Source of the DNA: Microcoleus sp.
Lineage (GTDB): Bacteria; Cyanobacteriota; Cyanobacteriia; Cyanobacteriales; Microcoleaceae
Assembly (NCBI GenBank): GCA_052279835.1
Contig: CP181291.1
Location: forward strand, 800,001 to 864,000
Length of the DNA: 64,000 nt
Direction of reading: 5' to 3'
Below the pieces are notes generated by a model. That model was not told the DNA's origin and made no database searches. It saw only the letters and a list, made by a program, of their open reading frames with translations. The position numbers were made by a program, and so were the translations under genes. Positions 51,425 through 62,549 of this stretch are shown piece by piece. The stretch's first letter is position 1. Every line of letters starts with the position of its first letter.

Positions 51425-51637
51425 CAATGTAATAAGCGACTTAATCGCCTATTTGACTCTAATTTACCAGTTGTTTACTACCATATATAGTTCTAGCTGA
51501 ATATTCATTGTAATTTTTTTTGTAAAAGATTGAGCTTAGTGAGAAACCGAATCCATAAAATAACAAAGGCTTCTTAAGGAGTCTGCACTAAAATATAATA
51601 AATTTTGGTATTCAGAACAATTTGAGGTAATCGAGTA

Positions 51638-52321
51638 ATGCAAGAGTTCTACAAAATCGTTCAATCAGCTACAAAAGAGCAACGAAAAAATCTAGCAGAG
51701 CTGACCGAATCGGCGTTTGGTGATGCTCCTGATATTCTTTGCAATCATGTACGCTATCTCAGAGCTGGAAGTATTGGCCAACTTTTTTGGAATAATTCTT
51801 GGAAACAAGTTGTAACAGATGTTGCCGATCGTATCAGTATTGATTGGGCAACCACATTAAGGGGTCGTCAGTGGCGCCACTTAGAAACCCAAGAGATTGA
51901 GACTGCTGTTGTAACCAAACTGTTTCAGAATATGCTGGAGCAACTTTCACCAGAGCAACGACAAAAGCTTGTTATAGAGATGAAAAGAGATAGCAGCGAT
52001 CCAGCTCTTGAAAGTTTGTTGTTGAGCGGCAGTGTAATGACCATTGCAAAAATGAGTGGTTTTGGGGTGTATCTGTTGGCAAGCACTGTTCTGGGCGGTC
52101 TAACTAATGCTTTGGGGATTACGTTACCTTTTGCAATTTATATGGGCATGAGTCAGGGAATTGCGCTTATACTCGGCCCCGTAGGCTGGGCAGCACTTGC
52201 TGGAGGTATTCTATTCACACTCAATCAACCTAATTGGAATCGTCTAACTTTGGCTGTTGTCTATGTTTCGATGCTTCGCAATCAGGAAGAGTTCATCGCT
52301 ACAACCCATCGATCGGGGTAA
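51638..52321 (+). CDS. Hypothetical protein, YaaW/DUF3944-like with Gly-rich hydrophobic C-terminus
   Basis: W.QVV.DVA motif, GFGVYL and LGPVGW motifs. Confidence 0.6.
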   Translation: MQEFYKIVQSATKEQRKNLAELTESAFGDAPDILCNHVRYLRAGSIGQLFWNNSWKQVVTDVADRISIDWATTLRGRQWRHLETQEIETAVVTKLFQNMLEQLSPEQRQKLVIEMKRDSSDPALESLLLSGSVMTIAKMSGFGVYLLASTVLGGLTNALGITLPFAIYMGMSQGIALILGPVGWAALAGGILFTLNQPNWNRLTLAVVYVSMLRNQEEFIATTHRSG

Positions 52322-52394
52322 AATATGGTCTATCGTAAACAGAGTAGAGCTGCTTTATTCCGCTGAATGGCAATATTCACAAAGAAAATTAGCT

Positions 52395-52652
52395 CTACTT
52401 CTTACTAAATTTATAGTAGCGCGGTTTACCGGAGGCTGCTATAACTTTAGCGTTAATTAAGGTAAAAATCCGATCTAGTTCTAGTAAGCTTGCTAATTCT
52501 ACAACCTCTTCTGAAGTTAAAAGATTAGCCTTTTTTCTCTCGGCTAATTCTTCTAATCTGGCTTGCAGGTTTTCCGTAAATTTGAATAAGTAAAGATTTC
52601 TGACTTTCTGCATCGAAATCTCACGATCGATCCAGTAGGAAGGTTGTACCAT
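52395..52652 (-). CDS. Small hypothetical protein
   Basis: 85 aa helical ORF (LQARLEEL...LTSEE..EL..LLELDRI). Confidence 0.6.
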   Translation of the reverse strand: MVQPSYWIDREISMQKVRNLYLFKFTENLQARLEELAERKKANLLTSEEVVELASLLELDRIFTLINAKVIAASGKPRYYKFSKK

Positions 52653-52769
52653 AAGTTCAGATATTATGGTGATTCAATTACTCCAATTACTACATGGATA
52701 GTCTTGATTATATCATTAAAACAAAATGTTCCGATGCCACGGTTTCTACAACCTGGATGTGAATCAATA

Positions 52770-53018
52770 TTAACCTGCTGTTGCCAAAGAACGAACAGTT
52801 AAGATTTCATCAGGGCGGAGAACTTCTACAGTAGAGATAGGGACGGCTATAACTGTAAGAGACTCACCAACAGCATTAAATACTTCCAACAGACAGCCTT
52901 CTTCACCACCACTAGGATGAGGAACAAAATCAACCAATGTGGCAATATCTCCAGCCCTGAGTTGATATTCTGGTAAGTCACGAGTTAAAGCAACTTCCTG
53001 ATATAGCTTTAGAATCAT
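52770..53018 (-). CDS. DUF4926-like protein
   Basis: VAL.RDLPE..L.AGD.AT.V...G..LEVFNA.GE motif; AAGGAG RBS. Confidence 0.8.
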   Translation of the reverse strand: MILKLYQEVALTRDLPEYQLRAGDIATLVDFVPHPSGGEEGCLLEVFNAVGESLTVIAVPISTVEVLRPDEILTVRSLATAG

Positions 53019-53070
53019 GTTAAGTCTCCTTTTAAGCTGTCAGCCGGCCAAGTCCATTAGTCATCCCACG

Positions 53071-53221
53071 AGTCCGACAGGGGTTCAAACCCCTGTCTAA
53101 TAGCTAAAGTCGGTTGAAACCGACGGTCGATTTGCCTGAAACCAATACATATCAACTAATTCTTTAGTCCTCTTTGAGAGGACTTTCGCTATGAGACAGG
53201 GGTTTCAACCCCTGTCGGACT
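53071..53221. mobile_element. MITE-like element (~150 bp) with ~55-bp double-hairpin terminal inverted repeats
   Basis: AGTCCGACAGGGGTTCAAACCCCTGTCT... at the left; ...AGACAGGGGTTTCAACCCCTGTCGGACT at the right. Confidence 0.75.
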
Positions 53222-53294
53222 ATCGGTTTTACCTTAAGTTGACACCTATGAGCAGTGCTGTGTCCTTACTAATTTCAACGTCTCCTTACTAATT

Positions 53295-56042
53295 TCACTC
53301 TGTCTTCTTCTTACTCGCCGTAGCAGTCGTCGTCTTCTTAGCAGCAGTAGTTTTCTTCGCAGCAGTGGTTTTCTTCGCCGCCGTGGTTTTCTTCGCCGCA
53401 GTCGTCTTCTTCGCCGCCGTTTCCGACTTCGCCGCAGTAGTCTTCGTTGACTTCTTCGACTTGCTAGATTTGCCGCCGCCCGCTGCTTCCTTCGCTGCTA
53501 ACAAATCCAATGCTTTTTGTAAGGTGAAATTCTCCACAGATTCATCCTTAGCCAAAGAAGCATTGATATCCCCGTGTTTGACGTAGGGGCCGTAGCGGCC
53601 GTCGTAAACATTGATGAGCTCTCCCGATTCTGGATGGGCTCCCAATTCCTTTAAAGGTGTCGCTGTTTTGCTGCTACCGCGAACTGCTTTCGGTTGCGCT
53701 AATAGTTCCAATGCCCGATCGAGCGTTATAGTCAAAACATCATCAGGTGGTTTGATCGATCGATAATCCTTACCAACCTTACCCTGGTCGTGCACCACAT
53801 AAGGCCCGTACATCCCCAAAGCAGCCTGCACCTTCGCCCCCGTCTCCGGGTGAGTGCCCAACAAGCGCGGTAGAGTCAGCAAGCCAACAGCCATCTCCAT
53901 CGTCACATTATCTTTGTCCGTCCCCTTCGGCAAAGAAGTCCGCTTCGGTTTCTTGTTAGTTTCCGACACTTCCCCTAACTGAACGTAGGGCCCATAACTA
54001 CCAATCAGCACAAAAATTGGTTCCCCAGTTTCCGGGTGCAGACCTAATTTTTCCGGCCCTTCAGTTTTTTGCTTTAACAGAAACTCGACTTGTTCCGGGT
54101 CTAAATCTGCCGGAGTCAAATCTTGGGGAATCGATGCTTTGACCGGCCCTTCTTCCCTTTCCGCTTCTAGATAAGCGCCGTATTTACCGATGCAAACTTT
54201 GGCAGAAATATTCTCCAATACCACAGTTCGGGCAACTTTGGCATCGATTTGACTTTCCTGTTCTTTGACTTGAGTTTGCAGTCCAGTTTCTCCTCGATAA
54301 AACTTGTCTAAATACGGCAGCCATTTAGCTTCGCCGGTGGCAATTTCATCGAGGGTTTGTTCCATTCTGGAAGTAAAACCGGTGTCTACTAAATCGGGAA
54401 AATGTGTTTCCAATAAAGTTGTGACGGCGAAAGCGGTGAATGTGGGAATTAGGGCGTTGGCAACTAATTTGGCGTAACCGCGATCGACTATAGTGCCGAT
54501 AATACTCGCATAGGTACTCGGACGACCCACACCTTCACTTTCGAGCATTTTGACCAGAGAAGCTTCAGTGAAACGGGCAGGAGGCTGAGTTTCGTGGCCG
54601 ACGGCCTCCAACTCCTGACAAATCGGTTTATCCCCCACTTTCAGCGGCGGCAAAATCACCTCTTGGTCTTCCAAGGCGGCATCTGGGTCATCGGAACCTT
54701 CCACGTAGGCGCGCAAAAAGCCGGGAAAATCGATGCGTTTCCCGCTGGAACGGAAACCGGCATCTTCCACCTGAGTTAATAGCGTGACGTGAGTTTGGCG
54801 CGCATCGGCCATTTGAGAAGCGACAGTCCGCTTCCAAATCAAATCGTAGAGGCGGAAGTCAATGCCATCTAGCCCGGTTTGCTGCGGAGTCCGAAAAGTG
54901 CTACCGGCGGGGCGGATAGCTTCGTGGGCTTCCTGGGCTCCTTTGCTTTTGGTCGTGTATTTGCGGGGTTGGGGACTGAGGTATTCGCTACCGTAAAGTT
55001 CTTGGACGCAACTGCGGGCTGCGGCGATCGCCTGTTCCGACAAATGCACCGAATCCGTCCGCATATAGGTGATAAAACCGCGTTCGTACAGACTTTGGGC
55101 AATTCGCATGGTTTCCCGCGCTCCCAGCCTCAGCTTGCGGTTAGCTTCCTGCTGCAAAGTCGAGGTTGTAAAGGGTGGCGAAGGTTTGCGGGTGACTGGC
55201 CGTTCTTCGAGATTGGTGACAGTCCAAGGCTTGTTTTGAAGGCGTTCTAGTAAAGCCCGCGCCTGTTCTTCATTCAGCAAAAGTACACGGCGGCCGGAGA
55301 TAATCCCGCCAGTATTTTCATCGAAATCGCTACCGTTGGCAACTTTGACATTGCCGACTGTCACCAGTTTGGCCTCAAAGGCACCGCGTCCACTGGCCGG
55401 AGGTTTGGGAGGGGTCAAAGTCGCTTTCAAATCCCAGTAACTACCTTGGCGGAAGGCGCGGCGTTCCCGTTCCCGGCGAACCAACAGGCGCACGGCGACG
55501 GACTGCACTCGGCCGGCGGACAAACCCCAAGCGATTTTTTTCCACAACAGGGGCGAAAGGGTGTAGCCGACGAGTCTGTCGAGAATGCGGCGAGTTTCTT
55601 GGGCTTGTACTACTCGATTGTCGATGTCGCGACAGTGAGTCAAAGCGTCGCGGATGGCTTCGCGGGTGATTTCGTGGAATACCATCCGCTTGATCGGAAC
55701 TTTGGGTTTGAGGATTTGCAGCAAATGCCAGGAAATGCTTTCGCCTTCGCGGTCTTCGTCTGTGGCTAGAATCAGTTCTGTTGCTTCTTTGAGGGCGTCT
55801 TTGAGTTCTTTGACTATTTTCTTTTTATCTTTCGGGATGACGTAGAGGGGTTCAAAGTCTGCCTCCACGTTGACGCCTAGTTGGGCCCATTTTTCTCCTT
55901 TAACGGCTTCTGGTATTTCTTCGGCGGAGGATGGGAGGTCGCGCACATGGCCCATTGATGCCTCTACTCGGTAGGTGGAGGGCAGGAAGTTGCGAATGGT
56001 ACGGGCTTTTGTGGGAGATTCGACGATGACTAAGGTTGACAT
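53295..56042 (-). CDS. topA: DNA topoisomerase I (type IA)
   Basis: [32 protein letters not shown] catalytic Tyr, AHEAIRP; C-terminal G.YGPY repeats and Lys-rich tail. Confidence 0.97.
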   Translation of the reverse strand: MSTLVIVESPTKARTIRNFLPSTYRVEASMGHVRDLPSSAEEIPEAVKGEKWAQLGVNVEADFEPLYVIPKDKKKIVKELKDALKEATELILATDEDREGESISWHLLQILKPKVPIKRMVFHEITREAIRDALTHCRDIDNRVVQAQETRRILDRLVGYTLSPLLWKKIAWGLSAGRVQSVAVRLLVRRERERRAFRQGSYWDLKATLTPPKPPASGRGAFEAKLVTVGNVKVANGSDFDENTGGIISGRRVLLLNEEQARALLERLQNKPWTVTNLEERPVTRKPSPPFTTSTLQQEANRKLRLGARETMRIAQSLYERGFITYMRTDSVHLSEQAIAAARSCVQELYGSEYLSPQPRKYTTKSKGAQEAHEAIRPAGSTFRTPQQTGLDGIDFRLYDLIWKRTVASQMADARQTHVTLLTQVEDAGFRSSGKRIDFPGFLRAYVEGSDDPDAALEDQEVILPPLKVGDKPICQELEAVGHETQPPARFTEASLVKMLESEGVGRPSTYASIIGTIVDRGYAKLVANALIPTFTAFAVTTLLETHFPDLVDTGFTSRMEQTLDEIATGEAKWLPYLDKFYRGETGLQTQVKEQESQIDAKVARTVVLENISAKVCIGKYGAYLEAEREEGPVKASIPQDLTPADLDPEQVEFLLKQKTEGPEKLGLHPETGEPIFVLIGSYGPYVQLGEVSETNKKPKRTSLPKGTDKDNVTMEMAVGLLTLPRLLGTHPETGAKVQAALGMYGPYVVHDQGKVGKDYRSIKPPDDVLTITLDRALELLAQPKAVRGSSKTATPLKELGAHPESGELINVYDGRYGPYVKHGDINASLAKDESVENFTLQKALDLLAAKEAAGGGKSSKSKKSTKTTAAKSETAAKKTTAAKKTTAAKKTTAAKKTTAAKKTTTATASKKKTE

Positions 56043-56355
56043 GGCATCTTTTATATATGGATGGCGAGGCAGAAGCGAGTGTTTAATTTACAGAGTGTAT
56101 GTCAGATGTCAAGGCTTATGGGAACTTTGGCTATTATTTTCACGCTACCTTAATTTTTAAGTTATTGCCGATCGGCTTGCGGGTAGAATTCTGCCAAATG
56201 CTGAATGCCTGGTGGGGACAAGATGCACGGGATATCTCATCTGACTTTAGCAGAATTGCTGGTTGCTGGATGCTGAGACTGCTGGATGTGGGCTGATGGT
56301 TCCTCAAGATCCCATATTAAGTAATTTAAAGTGTTGGGTCGCAGATGGGGAAAAT

Positions 56356-56388
56356 ATCACAAAGGCGGACTAGGCCTGCCTTTGTGAT
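56356..56388. terminator. Hairpin downstream of the MAPEG gene
   Basis: ATCACAAAGGC...GCCTTTGTGAT. Confidence 0.55.
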
Positions 56389-56435
56389 TGCGGAAAATTA
56401 CCCAAAATTAACCGCTGCTTTCTTTAATTTCGGCA

Positions 56436-56843
56436 CTAAAAGACTGCCAAACCAGTTAAAGCCACCAAACATCCTAACTGAATAGCTAAACATAAAAGCC
56501 GAAATATTGGATCGATTCGAGCGATGTGAATTACTGAGTGTAAAATCCGAAATCCGGTGTAGGCAACTATCAGCAAATCTACTGCTGTGCCGGAAACAGC
56601 CCGCCCGGTAAGCAGGAAAACAACTCCCGCATACAAAGTCAGGTTTTCTATTAAGTTGGAATGTGCCCGCAGCAGCCGCCACAGCAAACTTTCATCGTTT
56701 GGCGTACCGAAATCTTTGATAGTTCCGCCTGCTGATAGATGCCGAATTCTGGTGATTAGCAGCGCGATAACCAGTACGATCGCCCATAAAATTAGAATTG
56801 CTAAGCCCCAGAGGGGGAAAGTCATCTCGATCGGCATTTGCAT
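56436..56843 (-). CDS. MAPEG family membrane protein
   Basis: R..RAHSN..EN and FRILH motifs, hydrophobic helices. Confidence 0.82.
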   Translation of the reverse strand: MQMPIEMTFPLWGLAILILWAIVLVIALLITRIRHLSAGGTIKDFGTPNDESLLWRLLRAHSNLIENLTLYAGVVFLLTGRAVSGTAVDLLIVAYTGFRILHSVIHIARIDPIFRLLCLAIQLGCLVALTGLAVF

Positions 56844-56940
56844 CTTGTTTCTCCTAGAATATCTGCTGATAGCTTAGAAATTTTGCCCGTCAAAACTCTA
56901 GAAAAAAGTTGCCGAATTTTAGTACAATCTTGCGATCGCC

Positions 56941-57849
56941 TTATGCTCGCCGCAGCATTTGTTTGGGAGTCACGCCCACCAGGCGCTTAAAATATCGAGT
57001 CAAATGACTTTGGTCACAAAAACCTACTTCGCTGGCAATTTCTGCGATGCTGAGTTCGCTATGGTGCAATAAATACTTGGCGCGATCGATCCGACACTGC
57101 AAAATATACTGATGGGGTGTAGTGCCTGTACTCTGTTTAAACAAGCGCAAAAAGTAATAGGGACTGATCTGAGCTTGTTGGGCAATCTCGACTAATTTCA
57201 AATCTCGATGGAGGTTTTCCCTGATATATTCCGTCACTTGTTTGAGCTTTGAGGCGGATAATCCATCAGCATAGTTATAAATCTGAGGCTGCGCGGTGCA
57301 GTAGTTCCGCAACAAGTGAATTGCTAGTGCTGTTTTGAGACTGTCAACGAGCAAATCGCCGCCGATTTTGGTTGATTCCACTTCATTTCTCAAAGCCGCA
57401 ATAATACCTTGAATTAGGATATCTTGCTCGGTCATGAAATGAGGAATGAGTTCCATGCGATCGGTATTGACTAAATCTTGACCTACTTGTTCTAACAGCG
57501 CCGGTGCAATGGCGACGATCGTAAATTGCGCTGAAGTACGCCAATTGCAAATCTGGGAAATCCCCGCCGGAATAATCGCAATATCTCCCTGATTTCGCGC
57601 TTCAGTTTTTAGCTTTCCATCCAACCACCTTTCTCCCGATCTTTCTCCCGATATCGGGAAGTTTGGGCAGTGGGCAATGACGTGCCATGTACCTCGATGT
57701 TCGGGAGTGTCGAACTTTGGCTGTTGGTGGAGTTCAAAATAAATTTGCTCCCATCCCGAACTTTTGAGCAAAGCAGGTTGGGGTAGCAGCAAATCGGAAG
57801 CGTTTTCTTTGCTGAAATCGAGAATTTTTACTGGTGCTGGTGGGTTCAT
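56941..57849 (-). CDS. AraC family transcriptional regulator
   Basis: SPYYFLRLFKQSTG and IA.EVGF.DQSHLTR.FKR..G.TP motifs. Confidence 0.93.
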   Translation of the reverse strand: MNPPAPVKILDFSKENASDLLLPQPALLKSSGWEQIYFELHQQPKFDTPEHRGTWHVIAHCPNFPISGERSGERWLDGKLKTEARNQGDIAIIPAGISQICNWRTSAQFTIVAIAPALLEQVGQDLVNTDRMELIPHFMTEQDILIQGIIAALRNEVESTKIGGDLLVDSLKTALAIHLLRNYCTAQPQIYNYADGLSASKLKQVTEYIRENLHRDLKLVEIAQQAQISPYYFLRLFKQSTGTTPHQYILQCRIDRAKYLLHHSELSIAEIASEVGFCDQSHLTRYFKRLVGVTPKQMLRRA

Positions 57850-57940
57850 AAAATTATTAATTAGCTAAACCTAGCAAATCTCATTCGCTCTATTTCACTT
57901 TTTGCTACTCTAATGCTTTCTTCTCCACTTCTTTGATAAT

Positions 57941-58017
57941 TTGCATAGGCGAAGCATGACCGCAGACAATTTATTAGCGATAACCAGAGAGTTAAAGCGG
58001 TCATGCTTCGCCCCTAG
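57941..58017. repeat. GGCGAAGCATGACCGC...GCGGTCATGCTTCGCC palindrome
   Basis: 16-bp perfect arms. Confidence 0.85.
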
Positions 58018-58293
58018 GAATATATTTGCAAAATCAGATGCACCAGTCCGATCGCGCTGTGGATGGCAATACAGAGGCAACTGGAATGCCCGTGCGATCG
58101 ACGAGGCAGAGCCTCCAACAGAGGTTCCCAGGCAGATCCTGGGAACCAGTGGAACCTAAGTATCGCAACAAACACTGGCGAAACTGGGAGCGTGAGGCTG
58201 TAATCAGCTACAATCCAATTTGGTAAAGACTTTCTAACATTTCACTGCCCATCACAGGCTTTGGGGCCTGTATTACCCAACTTGTCTGAAAAT

Positions 58294-59868
58294 ATGGATT
58301 TTGCTACTCTTGCCGCCCAGTTAAATGCTGGAACTATATTGCCAGAGGGAATTGTCATCGTCACCCTTTTGGTGGTGCTCGTCGGCGACTTAATCGTCGG
58401 CCGCAGTTCCTCTGGTTGGACTCCCTACGTTGCTGTTGCCGGTTTGCTCGCAGCCGTCGGTGCCTTATGTTTGCAAGCGGATAACACTAATACTATCTCG
58501 TTTCTAGGCGGTTTTAACAGCGATGCCTTGAGTTTAGTATTTCGTGGAATTATTGCTTTGACTGCGGCTGTCACTATTTTGATCTCCGTCCGCTATGTAT
58601 TGCAAACTGGTACTGCTTTAGCGGAATTTATCGGCATTTTGCTCACCGCTACTTTGGGGGGAATGTTCCTTTCCGGTGCTGATGAATTGGTGATGATTTT
58701 TATTTCGTTGGAAACCCTCAGTATCTCCTCTTATTTGCTGACGGGTTACACAAAACGCGACCCGCGTTCCAATGAAGCGGCTTTGAAATATCTGTTAATT
58801 GGTGCTTCTTCTTCGGCGGTGTTTCTCTACGGGCTGTCGCTGCTGTACGGGTTGTCTGGTGGTGAAACTACCTTAAGCGCGATCGCAGCTAATCTTTCTA
58901 CTCTCAATGATGGTCAATCTCTCGGTTTAGTGATTGCGTTGGTATTTGCGATCGCCGGAATTGCCTTCAAAATCTCTGCGGTTCCCTTCCACCAATGGAC
59001 ACCAGACGTTTACGAAGGTTCCCCAACACCCGTTGTCGCCTTCCTTTCTGTCGGTTCCAAAGCAGCCGGTTTCGCTCTAGCCATCCGCTTGTTAACTACG
59101 GTTTTCCCCGTACTTACAGAACAGTGGCACTTCGTATTCACAGCCCTAGCAATTCTCAGCATGGTGTTGGGAAATGTAGTAGCTCTTGCTCAGACTAGCA
59201 TGAAGCGGCTTTTGGCTTATTCGTCGATCGCCCAAGCCGGCTTTGTAATGATTGGTTTGGTTGCAGGAACCGAAGCCGGTTATTCCAGCATGATATTTTA
59301 TCTGTTGGTTTACCTGTTTATGAACTTAGGTGCTTTCGCCTGCATCATCCTGTTCTCATTGCGGACTGGCACCGACCAAATTAGCGACTACTCCGGTTTG
59401 TATCAAAAAGACCCATTGCTAACTTTAGCATTGAGTATTTGTTTACTTTCCCTCGGCGGAATCCCACCCTTGGCTGGATTTTTCGGCAAGATTTATCTAT
59501 TCTGGGCTGGCTGGCAAGCTGGACTTTACGGCTTAGTTATTTTGGGATTAATCACCAGTGTTGTTTCGATTTACTACTACATCCGCGTCGTCAAAATGAT
59601 GGTAGTTAAGGAACCTCAAGAGATGTCAGATGTTGTCAAAAATTATCCTGAAATTCGCTGGAATCTTCAAGGAATGCGACCTTTGCAAGTCACTGTTGTA
59701 CTGACTTTGGTTGCGACAACGTTGGCTGGTATTTTGTCGAATCCTTTGTTTAATATGGCTAACGATGCTGTTGCCAATACTCCCATGTTGCAGTCGGCTT
59801 TGAGTCAGGTACAGCCTGTGGTAGCTGCTGCAAAAATCGAATCTAACTTGTTGTCTCCCCGGAATTAA
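58294..59868 (+). CDS. ndhB: NDH-1 complex subunit 2 (NdhB/NuoN)
   Basis: [35 protein letters not shown] and [11 protein letters not shown] motifs. Confidence 0.97.
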   Translation: MDFATLAAQLNAGTILPEGIVIVTLLVVLVGDLIVGRSSSGWTPYVAVAGLLAAVGALCLQADNTNTISFLGGFNSDALSLVFRGIIALTAAVTILISVRYVLQTGTALAEFIGILLTATLGGMFLSGADELVMIFISLETLSISSYLLTGYTKRDPRSNEAALKYLLIGASSSAVFLYGLSLLYGLSGGETTLSAIAANLSTLNDGQSLGLVIALVFAIAGIAFKISAVPFHQWTPDVYEGSPTPVVAFLSVGSKAAGFALAIRLLTTVFPVLTEQWHFVFTALAILSMVLGNVVALAQTSMKRLLAYSSIAQAGFVMIGLVAGTEAGYSSMIFYLLVYLFMNLGAFACIILFSLRTGTDQISDYSGLYQKDPLLTLALSICLLSLGGIPPLAGFFGKIYLFWAGWQAGLYGLVILGLITSVVSIYYYIRVVKMMVVKEPQEMSDVVKNYPEIRWNLQGMRPLQVTVVLTLVATTLAGILSNPLFNMANDAVANTPMLQSALSQVQPVVAAAKIESNLLSPRN

Positions 59869-59892
59869 GTTTACCTGATTTTGAGAGATGGG

Positions 59893-59928
59893 AAAGCGCC
59901 TGACTTTTTGAAGTTGGGCGTTTTTTTT
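59893..59928 (+). terminator. Rho-independent terminator after ndhB
   Basis: AAAGCGCCTGACTT...AAGTTGGGCG followed by T8. Confidence 0.75.
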
Positions 59929-60022
59929 GTGGGTGCGATCGGCGGTTGAAACCGGCCGAAAGTCAAACCAAGTCTGCCTTTGCAGACTAGGAGATAAAGC
60001 GATATTTAAGCTGGATTTGATA

Positions 60023-60637
60023 TCATAGGTCTAATACTTGCTCTGCTGTCAATGCTAATTCTGGGAAAGTTCGGGATATAATGCGATCGCTCCCTCGGTA
60101 AGCACTCATTTGATAAACCCCATTTTCATCGAGCAGGTAAACAAAAACAGTCGGCTCTTTCGGGTTGCCCAAATAGTTTCTGCTACCCAAAGCTAAATAA
60201 TCAACAATCCAATATTCAGCAATTCCCAGACGCTGATATTCATCCAGTTTGTCGATATAATCATCTTCCCAATTTGTCGAGACAACTTCTACCACTAATT
60301 GTGGAGGTTCAGTTAGAGCTGAATAAGCGAATGGCTGAGATTTCCAGATGGTTTTATCTACTACAGTAACATCAGGGTGGCGGCCTTGTTCTTTACCATT
60401 CTGGGTTAACGTTCTCAGCATAAATCTGCCAGATACCCTGTAATTTAGAGGGACGCGATCGACTTCTCTATCAAATTGTTTAATGAGAAAATCGGCAACA
60501 TCCTCATGTAGTCTTATTGGTAATATTTTCACAATCTCTCCATTGACAAATTCATAGCGGCCTTCTTCATCGGGAAGTTGCTTGACAAATTGCTCAAAAG
60601 TAAGCAGTTGCTTCGTTTGGATTGGTGATACAGTCAT
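60023..60637 (-). CDS. Uma2 family endonuclease-like protein
   Basis: RYEFVNG, PDV, LVVEVVS and K..EY...GI.EYWIVD motifs. Confidence 0.9.
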   Translation of the reverse strand: MTVSPIQTKQLLTFEQFVKQLPDEEGRYEFVNGEIVKILPIRLHEDVADFLIKQFDREVDRVPLNYRVSGRFMLRTLTQNGKEQGRHPDVTVVDKTIWKSQPFAYSALTEPPQLVVEVVSTNWEDDYIDKLDEYQRLGIAEYWIVDYLALGSRNYLGNPKEPTVFVYLLDENGVYQMSAYRGSDRIISRTFPELALTAEQVLDL

Positions 60638-60762
60638 AGTTGGCTCTCATTTAGCTGCATTTTAAAACTATTCGCTAACCATTTTAACATATATTAACTT
60701 AATATGAATAACTGCAATGACGTAGGCCTCACTTTTTACCATACAACTGAAACTTTAAGGGG

Positions 60763-60863
60763 AGATTGAATCCGTTCTAGGTTATTCCGTTTCTTTTCCA
60801 AAGACCAGTCGTGGGTGTCTTCCGTCAGGAGTTGAGCAGAGCCCAAAATCAGGCTCAGAGGAG
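60763..60863 (-). pseudogene. Fragment of a histidine kinase HisKA domain
   Basis: Minus strand reads SPLSLILGSAQLLTEDTHDWSLEKKRNNLERIQS, resembling the post-H-box helices. Confidence 0.55.
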
Positions 60864-61634
60864 AGGGAGTTGCCCTCTATCCCTAGCTCTGTAACCATCG
60901 TCAAAGATTGTGCCAACCGCTATTTCCTCAGTTTTGTAGTAGAAGTTGAACCCATCAGTATTGATACCAAAAACCCAAGCATCGGTATTGACTTAGGGAT
61001 TAAAACTTTTGCCGTGATGAGCAATGGAGAGAAAGCTGAAAGTCCTAGCTATAAAAAGTTAGACAGAAAAGTCCGTAAACTCCAAAAAAAGCTGGCACGA
61101 CAACCCAAAGACTCAAGACGTAGAAATAGAACTCGAATCAGAATAGCCAAAACACACAATCAGATTGCCGACATCCGCAAAAACTTTTTGCACAAATTAT
61201 CAACCAAAGTAGTCAGTGAAAACCAAACTATTATTTTGGAAGACTTGAACGTGTCAGGAATGGTCAAAAACCGCAAACTTGCCAGAGAAATTAGCCAACA
61301 AGGATGGTATGAATTCCGTTCTTTGTGTGAGGCAAAATCTGAGAAAATTGGGCGTAATTTTAGAGTAATTAGTCGTTGGAAACCCACCAGTCAAATCTGC
61401 TCAGACTGTGGGTTTAAATGGGGTAAACTAGACCTCTCAATTCGTTCAATTCTGTGCCTAAATTGTGGCACAGAACAGGACAGAGATGAGAACGCAGCTA
61501 GGAATATAAACAAAGTCGGGATAGGGCATTGCCACGACTCTAAATGTACGTCGAGACAGAGTAAGACCATTTCGGTGGCATCAGTCGATGAAGCGTAAAG
61601 AATCCCCGTGCGTTCACGCCGGGGAGTATGTCAA
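60864..61634 (+). mobile_element. tnpB: 5'-truncated IS200/IS605-family element: tnpB remnant plus right end
   Basis: RuvC motifs GIDLG, LEDL and DRDENAA; CSDC/CLNC Zn finger; stop at 61598; right-end hairpin TCCCCG...CGGGGA ending in GTCAA at 61634. Confidence 0.88.
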
Positions 61635-61887
61635 ACGCGCCCTCCCCAGCAATCGGTTACTGGAGCTCGATCGCTTTTACAGCAGATTGCAAGTTTATGA
61701 GATACAGTAGCAATAGTAACCAGTAGTTAGCGTAAAGCTTTTAAGAATCCCTCTCAGAACTCAATAGCAGGCAATAGAGCGATTGCTCTGTTACCTGCTT
61801 GTCCAGCAGATCGGGAAGCAAGTGTGCGTGAAGTTTGCGCTAATGGTACGCAGATTAACACAGATGCAACTTAGTGTAGAGGTGAAA

Positions 61888-62475
61888 ATGTTAGTACAAA
61901 GTAAGCAAAAAATTTATACTTTAGATGAGTACCGGGAGTTAGAGGAAACTGCTGAGTTTAGAAATGAATATCGCGATGGAGAAATTGTACAAATGGCTGG
62001 TGGTACGATCGATCATAGTCAAATTATAGGTAATATCCATGCCTTCTTGAAATATGCTTTGCGAGGTAAAAGTGCCAGACCATTTAGTGATTTGCGGTTG
62101 TGGATTCCTCGGTATCGACGCGGAACTTATCCAGATGTGATGGTAGTTGAAGGAGAATTAGTTTGTACAGAGGGACGGAAAGATGAAATACTCAATCCGG
62201 TGCTGATTGTGGAAGTGCTTTCTAAGTCTACCAAGGATTTCGATAAAGAGGACAAGTTTCGGTTTTATCGATCGATTCCTGAATTTCGCGAGTATGTATT
62301 AGTCAATCAATCTGAGTTTTTAGTGACACAATATATTAAAACTGAATCGAATCAATGGTTGTTTCAGGAATATGAGGGGGAATCGGCAATAGTTTATTTT
62401 GCTTCGGTGGAAGTACAAATGTCCATGAGTGATATTTATGAGTTGGTTATATTTGAGACGGATGAGAGTGATTAA
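61888..62475 (+). CDS. Uma2 family endonuclease-like protein (tandem copy 1)
   Basis: EYRDGEI..M.GG, YPDV, VEVLS.ST, DKF.FYR motifs. Confidence 0.9.
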   Translation: MLVQSKQKIYTLDEYRELEETAEFRNEYRDGEIVQMAGGTIDHSQIIGNIHAFLKYALRGKSARPFSDLRLWIPRYRRGTYPDVMVVEGELVCTEGRKDEILNPVLIVEVLSKSTKDFDKEDKFRFYRSIPEFREYVLVNQSEFLVTQYIKTESNQWLFQEYEGESAIVYFASVEVQMSMSDIYELVIFETDESD

Positions 62476-62549
62476 ATTATCTTTTTCAACCGCAGATATA
62501 GGCGGATTAACGCGGATTAACGCAGATAAAAGTTTGTACGGAGGTAAAA

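Noticed and set aside
53263..53297. 15-bp direct repeat TCCTTACTAATTTCA next to the topA stop as a target-site duplication
   Set aside because: The copies are only 5 bp apart and do not flank an element
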